The notes: generated from the letters alone by a model not told the origin. Counted from the first letter of the stretch, positions 1-12,042 are shown. The stretch is 38,137 nt of DNA from Gemmatimonadaceae bacterium (GCA_041484425.1 JBGPHO010000001.1:1-38137); one strand, 5' to 3'. Translations and numbers: made by a program.

Positions 1-7
1 CGGGTTT

Positions 8-3000
8 TCAGGCAACGGCGGCCTCCGCTTCATTCGAGATGCCCGTGTCGGCGCCACGAACTGCGTAGTACTTCGCTTCGGGATGATGGATGACGACCGC
101 GGCTGTCGACTGCTCGGGAAGAATCTGGAACGCTTCGGTGAGATCCATGCCGAGCGCTTCCTTCGCGGGCAGGAGCTTGAATACGGTGGCGTGGTCGTCG
201 AGATCGGGACACGCGCCGTAGCCCCACGAGTACCTCTTCCCGCTCGGCACGCCCAGCTCCTTCTTGATGCGCCGGTGCGCCCACTCGGCCACGGCTTCGG
301 CGGCCTCGACTGAAAGGCCGTGCGAATAGAACGCTTCGGTGTACTCGTTCTTCGCCTGTAGCTCCTCGAATCTCTTCGTCGCTTCCTTGCCGACGGTTAC
401 GATCTGAAGCGGAATGACATCGACATCGCCCGAATCAACGTTACGGACATAATCGGCGAGACAAAGGCGCTCGCGCCCGACCATGCGCGGAAAGTGGAAG
501 CGCGCGATCTCGCGCAGCGAGCCGCCGTCGCTCGAGTAAGCCGCCGGATCGTAGATGATCACGTTGTTCCCTTGCGACTGGGCGGGGAAGTAGCCGTAGA
601 CCACCTGGGGCCTGATCCAGCCATTCTTCTTTGCGTCCTTCTTCAGCCGCTCCAGCGCGGGCTCGAACTCGTTCTTCACCGTCGCTTTGTACTGATCGCC
701 CGATCCGCGCGCGCCCCACTGGAGGCGATAGAGCTCGTCGAGGTCGAGCAGATCGAAGACCTCGTCGATTGGAACGTCGCGAATTACGCGCGTTCCCCAG
801 AACGGAGGCGACGGCACGGGGTTGTTGGCCGCGACATCACTGCGGGCTCCGCCAGCATCGCCAACGGCGATGTCCTTGCCGACGGCGGTGCGCAGGAACA
901 CGTCGTTCCTGGCGTCGTCGAGGTTCTTCACGACGAACAACCCGCGCTTCTTGGGATCCTGGAGCACATCCATCGTCTCCAGCCCCTCGAACGCGTCCTT
1001 GCAGTAGAACACGCCGGAGTCGTACGCACGCTCGCCCTCGACGAAGAGCGCGCGCCGGCCGAAGCGGCGGTTGATCGCCGCGCCCCCGATCAGAACAGGG
1101 ATCTGCATTCCGCGCTTGTCCAGCTCCTGCACGCAGAGCGGCATCTGCTTCGACGTCGAGACGAGCAGAGCGCTCAGCCCAATCGCATCGGCGCCGACCT
1201 CGACCGCTTTGTCGAGAATGGTGTTGACAGGAACCTGCTTGCCGAGGTCGAAGACGGTATAGCCGTTGTTGGAGAGAATGGTGTTGACGAGCGACTTGCC
1301 GATGTCGTGGACGTCGCCGTACACGGTTGCCAGCACGACCTTCCCCTTGGTGTAGCCTTCCGCCTTCTCGAGGAACAGCTCGAGGTGCTTCACTGCCTTT
1401 TTCATTACTTCGGCGGACTGGAGCACGAACGGAAGTATCAGCTCGCCGGCGCCGAACTTGTCGCCGACCTCTTTCATCGCCGGCAGCAGCACCTCGTTCA
1501 GCACCTTGACCGGATGCTCGCGCACTCCAGCGGCATCGAGCTGCTCTTCGATCCCTTCCTTTTTCCGGTGCAGGATCATCCAGTGGATCTTCTGATTCGG
1601 CGTCATGCTAGCCGTTGGATCTTCCTTTTCCACCTGTGCCGCCGCGCCGCCGCCACCAACGCTCGAGAAATATTCGATGAAACGCTGGAGCGCATCGGGA
1701 CGCTTGTTGAACACGAGGTCGTCCGCCAGCTCGCGCTCGCCTGCCGATATCTCGGCGTATGGCCGGATGTGCGCCGGATTGACGATCGCGGCGTCGAGAC
1801 CTGCCTGCACACAGTGGTGGAGAAACACCGAGTTGAGAACACCGCGCGCCTCCGGCGTGAGCCCGAAGCTCACGTTGGAGACTCCGAGTATGGTGGAGAC
1901 GCCCGGCAGCTCGCGCTTGATGAGACGGATCCCCTCGACGGTCTCCTTGCCGGAGTCTATCCACTCGGCATCGCCGGTCGCGAGCGTGAACGTCAGCGCG
2001 TCGTAAATGAGATCTTCGGGGGCGAGCCCGTACTCACCGACGACTATGTCATAAATCTTCTTCGCAACCTCGAGCTTCCGCTCGCGCGTCTTCGCCATCC
2101 CGATCTCGTCGATCGTGAGCGCGATCACGGCCGCGCCGTGCTTCTTGACCAGAGGCACGACGGAGTCGATCCGCTTGCGGCCGTTCTCCATGTTGATGGA
2201 GTTGACGATCCCGCGGCCGGGGATGTGCTCGAGCGCGGCCTCGATGACGTTCGCCTCGGTGGAATCGATCACCAGCGGCGTTTCCACGCTCATCGAGAGC
2301 AGCTTCACCACCTTCGACATCTGCTCCGCTTCGTCGCCGCGCTCGGTCAGAGCGACGCAGACGTCGAGCACGTGCGCGCCAGAGTCCACCTGCTCGCGCG
2401 CGACCTCGAGGATTCCCTCGTAGTCGTCGGCCAGCAAAAGTCTCTTCACCTTGCGCGAGCCCTGCGCATTGACGCGCTCGCCGACCAACAGAGGCGGCGG
2501 GTCCTGGTGCAACGTGATGGCGCGCATAGCGGAGCTCACACGCGGGACGTGCTGCGCGTGATTCACTGGCTTCGACGCGCGCTCCACCTCGCGAACCGCT
2601 CCGACGATGGCCGAGAGATGCTCCGGAGTCGTGCCGCAACAGCCGCCGACGATGCGCACGCCAAAATCCTTCACGAACTCCGAGAGCGCGGTCGCCATCG
2701 GTCCTGGCTCGAGCGGATACACCGCTTCTCCGACTCCGGTATTGAGCGGCAGTCCCGCATTTGGTATCACCGACAGCGGAAGCGTCGCGTGCTCGGAGAG
2801 ATATCTCACCGGCTCGCGCATGTGCTCCGGACCCGTCGAGCAGTTCAACCCGATCACATCGACCTTGAGTGCCTCGAGGGTCGTCATCGCGCTCGCGATG
2901 TCCGTCCCCAGCAGCATGCGGCCGCTCACGTCCAGCGTGACCTGCGTCTGCAACGGGAGCCGCCGTCCTATCTCGGTGAAGAGTCGCTCGATGCCCGCGA

Positions 3001-3544
3001 CCGCAGCCTTCACTTCGAGGATGTCCTGCGATGTCTCGATCAGAAGCAGATCGACTCCGCCCTCGACCAGGTACTTCGCCTGTTCGTAGAAGTTGTCCGC
3101 CAGCTCGGCATACGAAATCTGCGAGAGCACCGGATCGGAGCTGGAGGGCAGCATCCCCGTCGGACCCATCGAAGCAGCAACGAAGCGCGGCTGATCCGGT
3201 GTGGAGTATTTGTCAGCAGCTGCCCGCGCCAGTCGCGCGGCACCAACGTTGATCTGGCGAACCTTGTCGCCCAGTCCCCACTCCTTGAGACGCCGGGGAG
3301 TCGACTGGAACGTGCACGTCTCCACTACATCGCATCCCACCGCCAGAAACGACTCGTGGATCGCCTGGATCACGTCTGGACGCGTGAGAACGAGATTGTC
3401 GTTGCACCCTTCCAGCGCCTTACCGCCAAAGTCCTCAGCCGAAAGATTGTACCTCTGGATGTTCGTCCCCATCGCGCCGTCGTATATCAGCACTCGGCGC
3501 TCCAATGCTTGCAAATAGGGTGATTCGGTGGTGCGTTCGGTCAT
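8..3544 (-). CDS. metH: Cobalamin-dependent methionine synthase
   Basis: 1178-aa ORF with DGAMGT, Zn-binding GLNC and GGCC, pterin-binding domain, B12-binding DVHDIG, and activation-domain RYSWGYGACPD. Confidence 0.97.
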   Translation of the reverse strand: MTERTTESPYLQALERRVLIYDGAMGTNIQRYNLSAEDFGGKALEGCNDNLVLTRPDVIQAIHESFLAVGCDVVETCTFQSTPRRLKEWGLGDKVRQINVGAARLARAAADKYSTPDQPRFVAASMGPTGMLPSSSDPVLSQISYAELADNFYEQAKYLVEGGVDLLLIETSQDILEVKAAVAGIERLFTEIGRRLPLQTQVTLDVSGRMLLGTDIASAMTTLEALKVDVIGLNCSTGPEHMREPVRYLSEHATLPLSVIPNAGLPLNTGVGEAVYPLEPGPMATALSEFVKDFGVRIVGGCCGTTPEHLSAIVGAVREVERASKPVNHAQHVPRVSSAMRAITLHQDPPPLLVGERVNAQGSRKVKRLLLADDYEGILEVAREQVDSGAHVLDVCVALTERGDEAEQMSKVVKLLSMSVETPLVIDSTEANVIEAALEHIPGRGIVNSINMENGRKRIDSVVPLVKKHGAAVIALTIDEIGMAKTRERKLEVAKKIYDIVVGEYGLAPEDLIYDALTFTLATGDAEWIDSGKETVEGIRLIKRELPGVSTILGVSNVSFGLTPEARGVLNSVFLHHCVQAGLDAAIVNPAHIRPYAEISAGERELADDLVFNKRPDALQRFIEYFSSVGGGGAAAQVEKEDPTASMTPNQKIHWMILHRKKEGIEEQLDAAGVREHPVKVLNEVLLPAMKEVGDKFGAGELILPFVLQSAEVMKKAVKHLELFLEKAEGYTKGKVVLATVYGDVHDIGKSLVNTILSNNGYTVFDLGKQVPVNTILDKAVEVGADAIGLSALLVSTSKQMPLCVQELDKRGMQIPVLIGGAAINRRFGRRALFVEGERAYDSGVFYCKDAFEGLETMDVLQDPKKRGLFVVKNLDDARNDVFLRTAVGKDIAVGDAGGARSDVAANNPVPSPPFWGTRVIRDVPIDEVFDLLDLDELYRLQWGARGSGDQYKATVKNEFEPALERLKKDAKKNGWIRPQVVYGYFPAQSQGNNVIIYDPAAYSSDGGSLREIARFHFPRMVGRERLCLADYVRNVDSGDVDVIPLQIVTVGKEATKRFEELQAKNEYTEAFYSHGLSVEAAEAVAEWAHRRIKKELGVPSGKRYSWGYGACPDLDDHATVFKLLPAKEALGMDLTEAFQILPEQSTAAVVIHHPEAKYYAVRGADTGISNEAEAAVA

Positions 3545-3622
3545 CTTCGCGTTGCGGAATCAGGTAGTTAGAGACGAAAACTTCGTCTCGAAGCAGTCAG
3601 CCCCGGATATTGGGGGGACAAC

Positions 3623-3652
3623 AAAAAAAAGCCCCGCGCATAGGCGCCGGGC
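3623..3652 (-). terminator. Intrinsic terminator in the metH leader
   Basis: Minus strand GCCCGGCGC-CTAT-GCGCGGGGC (9-bp stem, one mismatch) followed by an 8-T run, directly 3' of the riboswitch aptamer. Confidence 0.75.
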
Positions 3653-3656
3653 GAGC

Positions 3657-3706
3657 GCTTTAGCGGTTTGTTTAACGTGGCCGCAAGTTGCATTAAATCG
3701 CCACGG
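3657..3706 (-). promoter_or_regulatory. SAM-II (SAM-alpha-like) riboswitch aptamer
   Basis: Minus strand CCGTGGCGATTTAATGCAACTTGCGGCCACGTTAAACAAACCGCTAAAG resembles the recalled SAM-II pattern (CGTGG.GATTT...TTGC.GCCACGTTAAA.AA..GCTAAA); lies upstream of metH. Confidence 0.85.
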
Positions 3707-3726
3707 GTTCAGTTGTGCCCTTCACT

Positions 3727-3755
3727 ATAGTAGCGGAGGAAGCTCGGCAGGGCAA
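3727..3755 (-). promoter_or_regulatory. Putative sigma70 promoter of the metH leader
   Basis: TTGCCC-N17-TACTAT on the minus strand, about 20 nt upstream of the aptamer. Confidence 0.55.
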
Positions 3756-3788
3756 GACAAAAGCCGTTGCGTCAGCGCTGGTGTGGGC

Positions 3789-4595
3789 TCACGAAGTGAC
3801 CGCCGCGAGGTACTTCACGCTCACATCACCGTGAGGGGCCAAGGGGCGCCACAACTTGTACAGGAACTTGTTCCACCCGTGCAATCCGCGATCGGCACGC
3901 CGCGCCACCGGGATCAGTCGCCGAGCGGGGACGGCGAGTAGCTGTCGGCGCCGGCGAAAGCGGGCTGCATTGCCATCTTTAGGACGGTACTGCGCCCAGC
4001 CAATGGATCCGCTGAAGCCCGCCGGGCCAAAGTCGTCGGAGTCGAGAACCTCCTCGACAAAGACCCGAAGCGCCCCCTCGAAGGTGCCGAGTACATCGTG
4101 CATGGCGACGATGGCTCCGTCGACGAGGTAGGGTTTGAACATGTCGAGATCCGCCTTCGCTCCCTCGTAGGTGTGGTCACCGTCGATCCAGAGAAAGCGA
4201 ATCGAGTCCTTCCATTCGCGGGCCAGCTCATGCGAGTAAACGCGCTTGATCTCGACGCGCTCGAAGACTCCCGCCGTTCTCAGGTTGGCGACGAAGTCTT
4301 CGTATGATGTCGTCTTGCCGTGGAGATCGGGATCCGTGCTCGCTGGCGACGTATGAGGATCCACCGCGACTACGGTGCCGAGTCCCAGCTCGCGGGTAAC
4401 GTAGGCAATGCCGACCGTCGATCTGCCCTTGAAGCTGCCGATTTCGAGATTCTTTCCCTGTGCGGGCGCAAGCGCGGCCGCGGCCATCACAAACCGCGCT
4501 TCGCGCTCGGAGAGATAGCCCGCCGTCGCGGCAACGCGACGCCAGCCCTGATTGATGATCGCCGCGATGTGGTCGAGGTCGCGCTTTGGCGTCAG
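3789..4595 (-). CDS. Class I SAM-dependent methyltransferase (Methyltransf_24-like); start probably CTG at 4595, first canonical start at 4490
   Basis: LEIGSFKGRST, AVDPH, LWIDGDHTYE and AMHD motifs; frame stays open upstream through WRRVAATAGYLSEREARF to a CTGA overlap with the upstream stop. Confidence 0.8.
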   Translation of the reverse strand: MTPKRDLDHIAAIINQGWRRVAATAGYLSEREARFVMAAAALAPAQGKNLEIGSFKGRSTVGIAYVTRELGLGTVVAVDPHTSPASTDPDLHGKTTSYEDFVANLRTAGVFERVEIKRVYSHELAREWKDSIRFLWIDGDHTYEGAKADLDMFKPYLVDGAIVAMHDVLGTFEGALRVFVEEVLDSDDFGPAGFSGSIGWAQYRPKDGNAARFRRRRQLLAVPARRLIPVARRADRGLHGWNKFLYKLWRPLAPHGDVSVKYLAAVTS

Positions 4596-5005
4596 AACTC
4601 CAGCCGAAAATCGTCGCCCGCGTCGTCGCGCATGGAACGGCCGGTCGTCCGCGATCGGCTCTCGAACGATTGCACGAGCGCCACGAGCCTGTGGCGTTCC
4701 AGCGGGAGAACCAGATGCGCGAGCGTCGAGCGCTGAAGCTTCTGCGCGAGGATTGGCCGCTCGCCGTGCGTTTTCCCGTAAACGATGATCGCCCCGCCGG
4801 GCGTGAGAGGAAGCGTGGCGCCAGGTCCTCCATCTTCGAGCGCTTCGCAGGAGACGACGGCTATCGCCGGCAGGTCTCCGTTCATCGCGCTTCCGACATC
4901 GCCAATCGTTGCCGCCAGCAAAACCTCATGTCCGAATCCAATCAGTGTCTGCGCCAGCCCTTCGAGCAGCGCCACATCAGTGCCGACGAGAATCACTTTA
5001 ACCAC
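4592..5005 (-). CDS. Hypothetical protein, degenerate receiver-like alpha/beta fold
   Basis: MVKVILVGTDVALLEGLAQTLIGFGHEV resembles a REC N-terminus without the acidic pocket; GTG start just after the yggU stop. Confidence 0.6.
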   Translation of the reverse strand: MVKVILVGTDVALLEGLAQTLIGFGHEVLLAATIGDVGSAMNGDLPAIAVVSCEALEDGGPGATLPLTPGGAIIVYGKTHGERPILAQKLQRSTLAHLVLPLERHRLVALVQSFESRSRTTGRSMRDDAGDDFRLEF

Positions 5006-5018
5006 TATTGAGTTTCCC

Positions 5019-5309
5019 TCAGTCAGCCAGGCGTTGAACTGATTCCAGATCAGCCTCGCTGATCTCGACCACCTTCGTCCGCGAGGAATGCCCAGACACG
5101 ATGCACACATTGCGCCGTGAAGTTCTGAGCGCTTTGGAAAGAAACTCGATCAGGGCGTCGTTCGCCAATCCGTCCACCGGCGGAGCTGTCACGCGCACCT
5201 TGAGTGCGGCGCCCTGCAAGCCCGCGATCTCGTTTTTCGACGCTCGAGGCTGGAGACGAACCGAGAATCGCACCGTGTCACCTCGGCGATGCGCGTCAAA
5301 GGCGGTCAC
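5019..5309 (-). CDS. yggU: DUF167/YggU family protein
   Basis: VRLQPRASKNEI, LKVRVTAPPVDGLAN, IVSGHSSRTKVV; GTG start overlaps the yggT stop (GTGA). Confidence 0.9.
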   Translation of the reverse strand: MTAFDAHRRGDTVRFSVRLQPRASKNEIAGLQGAALKVRVTAPPVDGLANDALIEFLSKALRTSRRNVCIVSGHSSRTKVVEISEADLESVQRLAD

Positions 5310-5896
5310 ATCAAGCGAAACAGGAACGACTCGATAATGTTGATCAGTATGTACGCGAGAATCGGAGTTATGTCGAGTCCGCCGAGGTTGGGAACGACGC
5401 GCCGCAGGGGCGCGAGAATGGGCTCGCTCAGCCGGTGGCTCCAGCTGACCCATTTCGAGTAAGGAGAGATCGGCAGCCAGGAGCTGATCACAGCCACGAT
5501 GATCGCCGCCTTAAGGATCGAGAAAGTCCAGCCCACGAGGAGGTGGAATATCCCGGCTGCTCCCTCCTGCGAGGCGATGATGGATCTGACCACCTCGAGC
5601 CGAACCATGTCCAGCACCGTGAGCAGCAGAATTCCGCCGATCACAATCGCGGCGAGCGCCCACAGCGGAGCCGCGGCTGGAGTTCCGCCGGCGCGAACGA
5701 CTCTTCGCTCTATCGGCGCGATCAGGGGATCCACGGTCGAGCGACAGAATCGTGCGACCGCGTTGAAGGGACTGATCTTCCTCGTGCGAACAGCCCAATC
5801 GAGCAGGCAGATCGCGCCGAACACGGCTGCTGTCGACAGCAGCGCGGTACGCAGAACAAGTATTACTGCGTCCGCTGCGGCGAGAAAGGCTTCCAT
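5306..5896 (-). CDS. yggT: YggT family membrane protein
   Basis: Two YGGT repeats (SPFNAVARF..VDPLIAP; SEPILAPLRRVVPNLGGLDITPI); adjacent to yggU. Confidence 0.88.
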   Translation of the reverse strand: MEAFLAAADAVILVLRTALLSTAAVFGAICLLDWAVRTRKISPFNAVARFCRSTVDPLIAPIERRVVRAGGTPAAAPLWALAAIVIGGILLLTVLDMVRLEVVRSIIASQEGAAGIFHLLVGWTFSILKAAIIVAVISSWLPISPYSKWVSWSHRLSEPILAPLRRVVPNLGGLDITPILAYILINIIESFLFRLM

Positions 5897-8245
<2,349 letters not shown>

Positions 8246-8308
8246 TGTACGGTGCTTCGCCGGTTAGGTTCCACTGGAATCTGTCTCTTGCCAATGGCGG
8301 TGTGTTGA

Positions 8309-8815
8309 ATGACGAAGGTTACGCGACCCTTGCAGAAAGACAGGCATTACTGGCTTCTGAAGTCGGATGCCGATTCGTTCTCCTTCGAGGATCTCTGGAA
8401 TTTGCCTACTCGGACGACCCACTGGGACGGCGTGCGGAATTTCCAGGCGCGGAATTTCATGCGCGATGAGATGAAGAGGGGCGACTTGGCCTTTTTCTAC
8501 CACTCCGGCGGGAGCGACCCGGGGATAGTGGGAATCGTCGAGATCGTGCGGGAAGGATATCCCGACCACACCGCCCTCGACCCCAAGGATCCGCATTACG
8601 ACCCGAGGAGCAAGAGCGGGGAATCGTACTGGTCGATGGTTGACATCCAGGCCATCGAACACCTTCCGCGACAGGTGTCGCTGAGCGAGCTGAGGACGAA
8701 GCCCGAGCTCGAGGGAATGTCGCTCCTCCAGAAGGGGAATCGTCTCTCGGTTCAGAAAGTCGGCGCGGCCGAGTGGAATGCGGTTCTGGCGCTGGCCAAG
8801 CAGACTGCCGGCTGA
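8309..8815 (+). CDS. EVE domain (PUA-like) protein
   Basis: YWLLKS, WDGVRNFQARNFMR, FFYHS, YDPRS, RLSVQ. Confidence 0.93.
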   Translation: MTKVTRPLQKDRHYWLLKSDADSFSFEDLWNLPTRTTHWDGVRNFQARNFMRDEMKRGDLAFFYHSGGSDPGIVGIVEIVREGYPDHTALDPKDPHYDPRSKSGESYWSMVDIQAIEHLPRQVSLSELRTKPELEGMSLLQKGNRLSVQKVGAAEWNAVLALAKQTAG

Positions 8816-8881
8816 GGGGACCGCTAAACTCACTTACACCATTCAGCGACTCCGGGCGTGGAGTGGTATGTTCCGTAGGAG

Positions 8882-10999
8882 ATGACGGAATCCGTCTCAC
8901 TCCTGGCGGCGGGAATACCCGCGGAAATAGTCCGCGAAATCGGGCTGAGGCTGCGTGGCGTCGTCATAAGCGAATTCGAGAACGCGCAGCAGATGGGCCG
9001 CGCTGCCGCCCGCGGAGAAGCCCGCCTCGTCCTTCTCAGTGACGCTCTTCCTACAGCGGATTCGATCTACGTAGCCCGTCGCGCCAAAGACGCGAGCGAT
9101 GCTGTGCAGATAGCATTCTCCATCTCCATGCAACAGGCGGAAGCCGCGCTGCGCGCGTTGAAAGAAATCCGTGTCGATCGCTTCTTTCTTTCTCCGGTGG
9201 ACGTGGAAGAGATGTTGCGCGAGCTGGCGAAGATGGGCGGGGTCGAAGTCCTCCCCCCGCAGGCATCGCACGGTGAGCACATCGCGGCCGCCGTTTTCGA
9301 GGCGTGGGAGCGCGCTCGCCCTCCCACGTTTCAGAAGATCGACAAGCTCGAGGACGCCGCGATCGCGCTTCTCGACAACAGCCTGTCCGCGGATCAGAGA
9401 TCGGCCGCCGAACGGAACGCGCAGGACATCGCCGAGGTGGCAGGTCGATTCGGGTTCCGGACGGGAGAACGTGTCGCCCGCGACCTCGCGGAACGACTCG
9501 CGAGCGCGTCTCTCTCTCCGATTGACGGCGTCTCGATATCGGAGCAGCTCCTGTCGCTGCGAGAGAACCTGGTCGGCGCCCCGTCTCCTCCTCCCGTTCC
9601 GCAACAGCCCGCCGATTCGTCGCGTGCCAACGCTACCCCTTCGACGCCCACCGGCTCAGGAGCGATACCCGGCGATTCTTCCCTCGAGGGGCGCAGGATT
9701 CTCGTCGTCGACGACGAGCCGATGATAACGCGGGGACTGACCACTCTCCTCGGAAAGCGTGGAATTGCGGTGACGCCGGTGAACGACCCGCTTCGATTCT
9801 GGACCGTCCTCGACGAGACGAAGCCAAGTCTGATTCTGCTCGATCTCGAGATGCCGAAGATCAGCGGGACCGAGCTGTGTCGTGTCGTCAGGAGCGATCC
9901 CCGCTGGAGCGAGTTGCCCGTGATTTTTCTGACTGGTCACACTGACCATGCGAGTGTGCAACGGGTATTTGCGGCGGGCGCCGATGATTACGTCGGCAAG
10001 CCGTTCGTCCCGGCCGAGCTGATGATGCGCATCGAGAGCCGCCTCAGCGGAGTGAAGGCGCGGCGCGCCCCGGTGGAGACCGATCCGCTGACGGGCTTGC
10101 CGATACCACACAAAGCAACGGAGCAAATCGACCGCTTTCTGCGCCTGGCGCGGAGAAAATCAGACCCGTACTCGATCGCGGTCCTACAGGTCGACGCCTT
10201 CGAGAGCCTCGCAAGCACGTTCGGTCGCGGCACCGGCGATGTCGTCTTGCGCGCCATGGGCGAGCTTCTTCCGAAATCTTTTCGAGCCGAAGACGTCGTC
10301 GGCTGGTGGGGCGGACCGGACTTCACGATCGGCATGTACGGGAGCACCAAGGAGCACGCCGCGATCAAGCTCGGTCAAGTCTGCTCCAAAATCGCCGAGC
10401 AGAATTTCCTCGCGGAAGACGGACAGCGGGTTCACGTCGCCTGCAGCGGAGGCGTCGCACAGTACCAGACCGATGGAGATACCGTCGCCGCGTTGCGGGA
10501 GGAGGCGATGAAGGCTCTCGTGCAAGTACGAGCGACAGGCGGCGTCAGAGCGACCGGTGGCGCGATCCGCGTCGGCATCTCCGGTTTGAAGGCGATGGGG
10601 CCACAAACCCGTCGCGTTGATGTCGCCATTGTCGACGATGACACGGCGCTCGTATCCCTCCTGCAGCACGCGATGGAGAGCCGCAGCCTTCGCGTTGCCA
10701 CTTTCGCCGACGGCGAAATGGCGGTGGCGGCGCTCACCGGCAGCTCGCCTGAGGTGCAGGCATCCCTGATCCTGCTCGGCGTCGACATCCCGGCCCTGAA
10801 TGGGCTCGACGTGCTGCGACGGCTGAAGGCCGGAGAAATTACGAAATCGAGCAGCGTCGTGATGCTGACATCGCGCACCGGCGAGCGCGACGTGCTAGCC
10901 GCACTCGAGCTCGGCGCCGCCGATCACATCGCCAAGCCGTTCAGCGTTCCAGTGCTGATGCACAAGGTTCGCTCGATGCTGAAGCAGAGCCAGGCGTGA
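8882..10999 (+). CDS. Multidomain regulator: degenerate REC - degenerate Hpt - REC - degenerate GGDEF - degenerate REC
   Basis: Central REC intact (VVDDEP, LLDLEMP, FLT, KPF); GGDEF site reads GGPDF with RAED I-site; Hpt-like AERNAQDIAEVAGRFGF; last REC LILLGVDIP. Confidence 0.85.
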   Translation: MTESVSLLAAGIPAEIVREIGLRLRGVVISEFENAQQMGRAAARGEARLVLLSDALPTADSIYVARRAKDASDAVQIAFSISMQQAEAALRALKEIRVDRFFLSPVDVEEMLRELAKMGGVEVLPPQASHGEHIAAAVFEAWERARPPTFQKIDKLEDAAIALLDNSLSADQRSAAERNAQDIAEVAGRFGFRTGERVARDLAERLASASLSPIDGVSISEQLLSLRENLVGAPSPPPVPQQPADSSRANATPSTPTGSGAIPGDSSLEGRRILVVDDEPMITRGLTTLLGKRGIAVTPVNDPLRFWTVLDETKPSLILLDLEMPKISGTELCRVVRSDPRWSELPVIFLTGHTDHASVQRVFAAGADDYVGKPFVPAELMMRIESRLSGVKARRAPVETDPLTGLPIPHKATEQIDRFLRLARRKSDPYSIAVLQVDAFESLASTFGRGTGDVVLRAMGELLPKSFRAEDVVGWWGGPDFTIGMYGSTKEHAAIKLGQVCSKIAEQNFLAEDGQRVHVACSGGVAQYQTDGDTVAALREEAMKALVQVRATGGVRATGGAIRVGISGLKAMGPQTRRVDVAIVDDDTALVSLLQHAMESRSLRVATFADGEMAVAALTGSSPEVQASLILLGVDIPALNGLDVLRRLKAGEITKSSSVVMLTSRTGERDVLAALELGAADHIAKPFSVPVLMHKVRSMLKQSQA

Positions 11000-12042
11000 T
11001 AAGCAAGCAGCTGCTCAACATAGTGATGCTCGTTGAGATCGGGCTCCTGGCGCTCGCGGTCGGTGTCTTCTTCGCCCACGGGTTCTGGCTCCTTCTCAAT
11101 CAGCGTCGAATCCGCCGCCTGACGGATGGGGCGCGTGAGTCGCTTTCGCATCTCGTCACACGCGGCACTGTAAACGTCGAGGACATCGACGCTCTTCGGC
11201 AGCTTCCGAACGACGTGCAGGTAATTGCGTTTCTCGAGATGTCGCGCAACGTGACGGGAACGGGAAAGGAAAGACTCAGCTTCGTCGCGCGACAAGTGGG
11301 TCTGGTTGATCGCGCCGAGAAGTTGTGCGCCAGCAGGCGGTGGACGCGGCGTCTTCGCGGCGCGCGCATCTTGTCGCGCCTGGGCGTAGTGGACCCACTC
11401 GTCCAGCAGCTCCTTTCCGATCCCCATCCGGCGGTGCGCGCGCAAGCCGCGGAATGGGCCGCCGCCCAACCGTCCGTCCCCGTGATCTCCGCCATGTTGA
11501 TTCTGCTGGCGGATCCCGCGACGCAGGCGCGCTTTGCGGTGCAGGATGCGCTCCTGCGCATGGGCGGCATCGTAGCAGGGCCGCTCGCGACTTTTCTGGA
11601 GAGACACACGGGGCGAGCGGCGGAAGCGGGTCTTCGCGTCGCCGAGTCGCTGGCGGAGCCCAGCTTCGGACCGGCCGCGCTGCGCCTGTCGCGCGCCAAC
11701 GATGTGGGTGTTCGCGTTGCGGCCGCGAAGCTGTTGGGTGCGGTTGGAGATGCCGCGGCCGCCGAACGACTCATGGAGCTTCTGGACGACGCTGATTCGG
11801 GTGTCAGAGCCGCCGCCGCGCACTCCCTCGGACGGATGCAGCACTGGCAGGCGGCATCACTGCTGGCGCTCCGGTTGCGCGACTCGGCCTGGAAAGTTCG
11901 GCGCGCGGCGGGTCTCGCCCTTCGATCGGTTGGCGCGCCAGGCGTTCTGTTTCTCCGGCGGGCGATTAAGGAAGACGACGCCTTCGCTTCTGACATGGCC
12001 CAGCAGGTTCTCGACCTCCCCACCGCGGCGGCATCGGGATGA
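10996..12042 (+). CDS. Membrane-anchored HEAT-repeat protein
   Basis: One N-terminal TM helix, then repeated L.D....VR..AA..LG units; GTGA coupling to the upstream gene. Confidence 0.85.
   Translation: MISKQLLNIVMLVEIGLLALAVGVFFAHGFWLLLNQRRIRRLTDGARESLSHLVTRGTVNVEDIDALRQLPNDVQVIAFLEMSRNVTGTGKERLSFVARQVGLVDRAEKLCASRRWTRRLRGARILSRLGVVDPLVQQLLSDPHPAVRAQAAEWAAAQPSVPVISAMLILLADPATQARFAVQDALLRMGGIVAGPLATFLERHTGRAAEAGLRVAESLAEPSFGPAALRLSRANDVGVRVAAAKLLGAVGDAAAAERLMELLDDADSGVRAAAAHSLGRMQHWQAASLLALRLRDSAWKVRRAAGLALRSVGAPGVLFLRRAIKEDDAFASDMAQQVLDLPTAAASG

Noticed and set aside
494-3523. 1009-aa plus-strand ORF antisense to metH
   Set aside because: Shadow ORF expected from high-GC codon bias on the opposite strand; no motifs. 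The same applies to the many other antisense ORFs in the track.
5019-5453. Longer track starts for yggU (5453), the REC-like gene (5110), the lipoprotein (13331), nosZ (16554), cytochrome c (27274) and the USP (35876)
   Set aside because: They overlap neighbouring genes or precede better SD/signal-peptide starts; the shorter starts were used.
8309-8815. EVE protein as part of a modification-dependent defence system
   Set aside because: Stand-alone EVE domain with no adjacent nuclease or toxin; typical housekeeping-type context.
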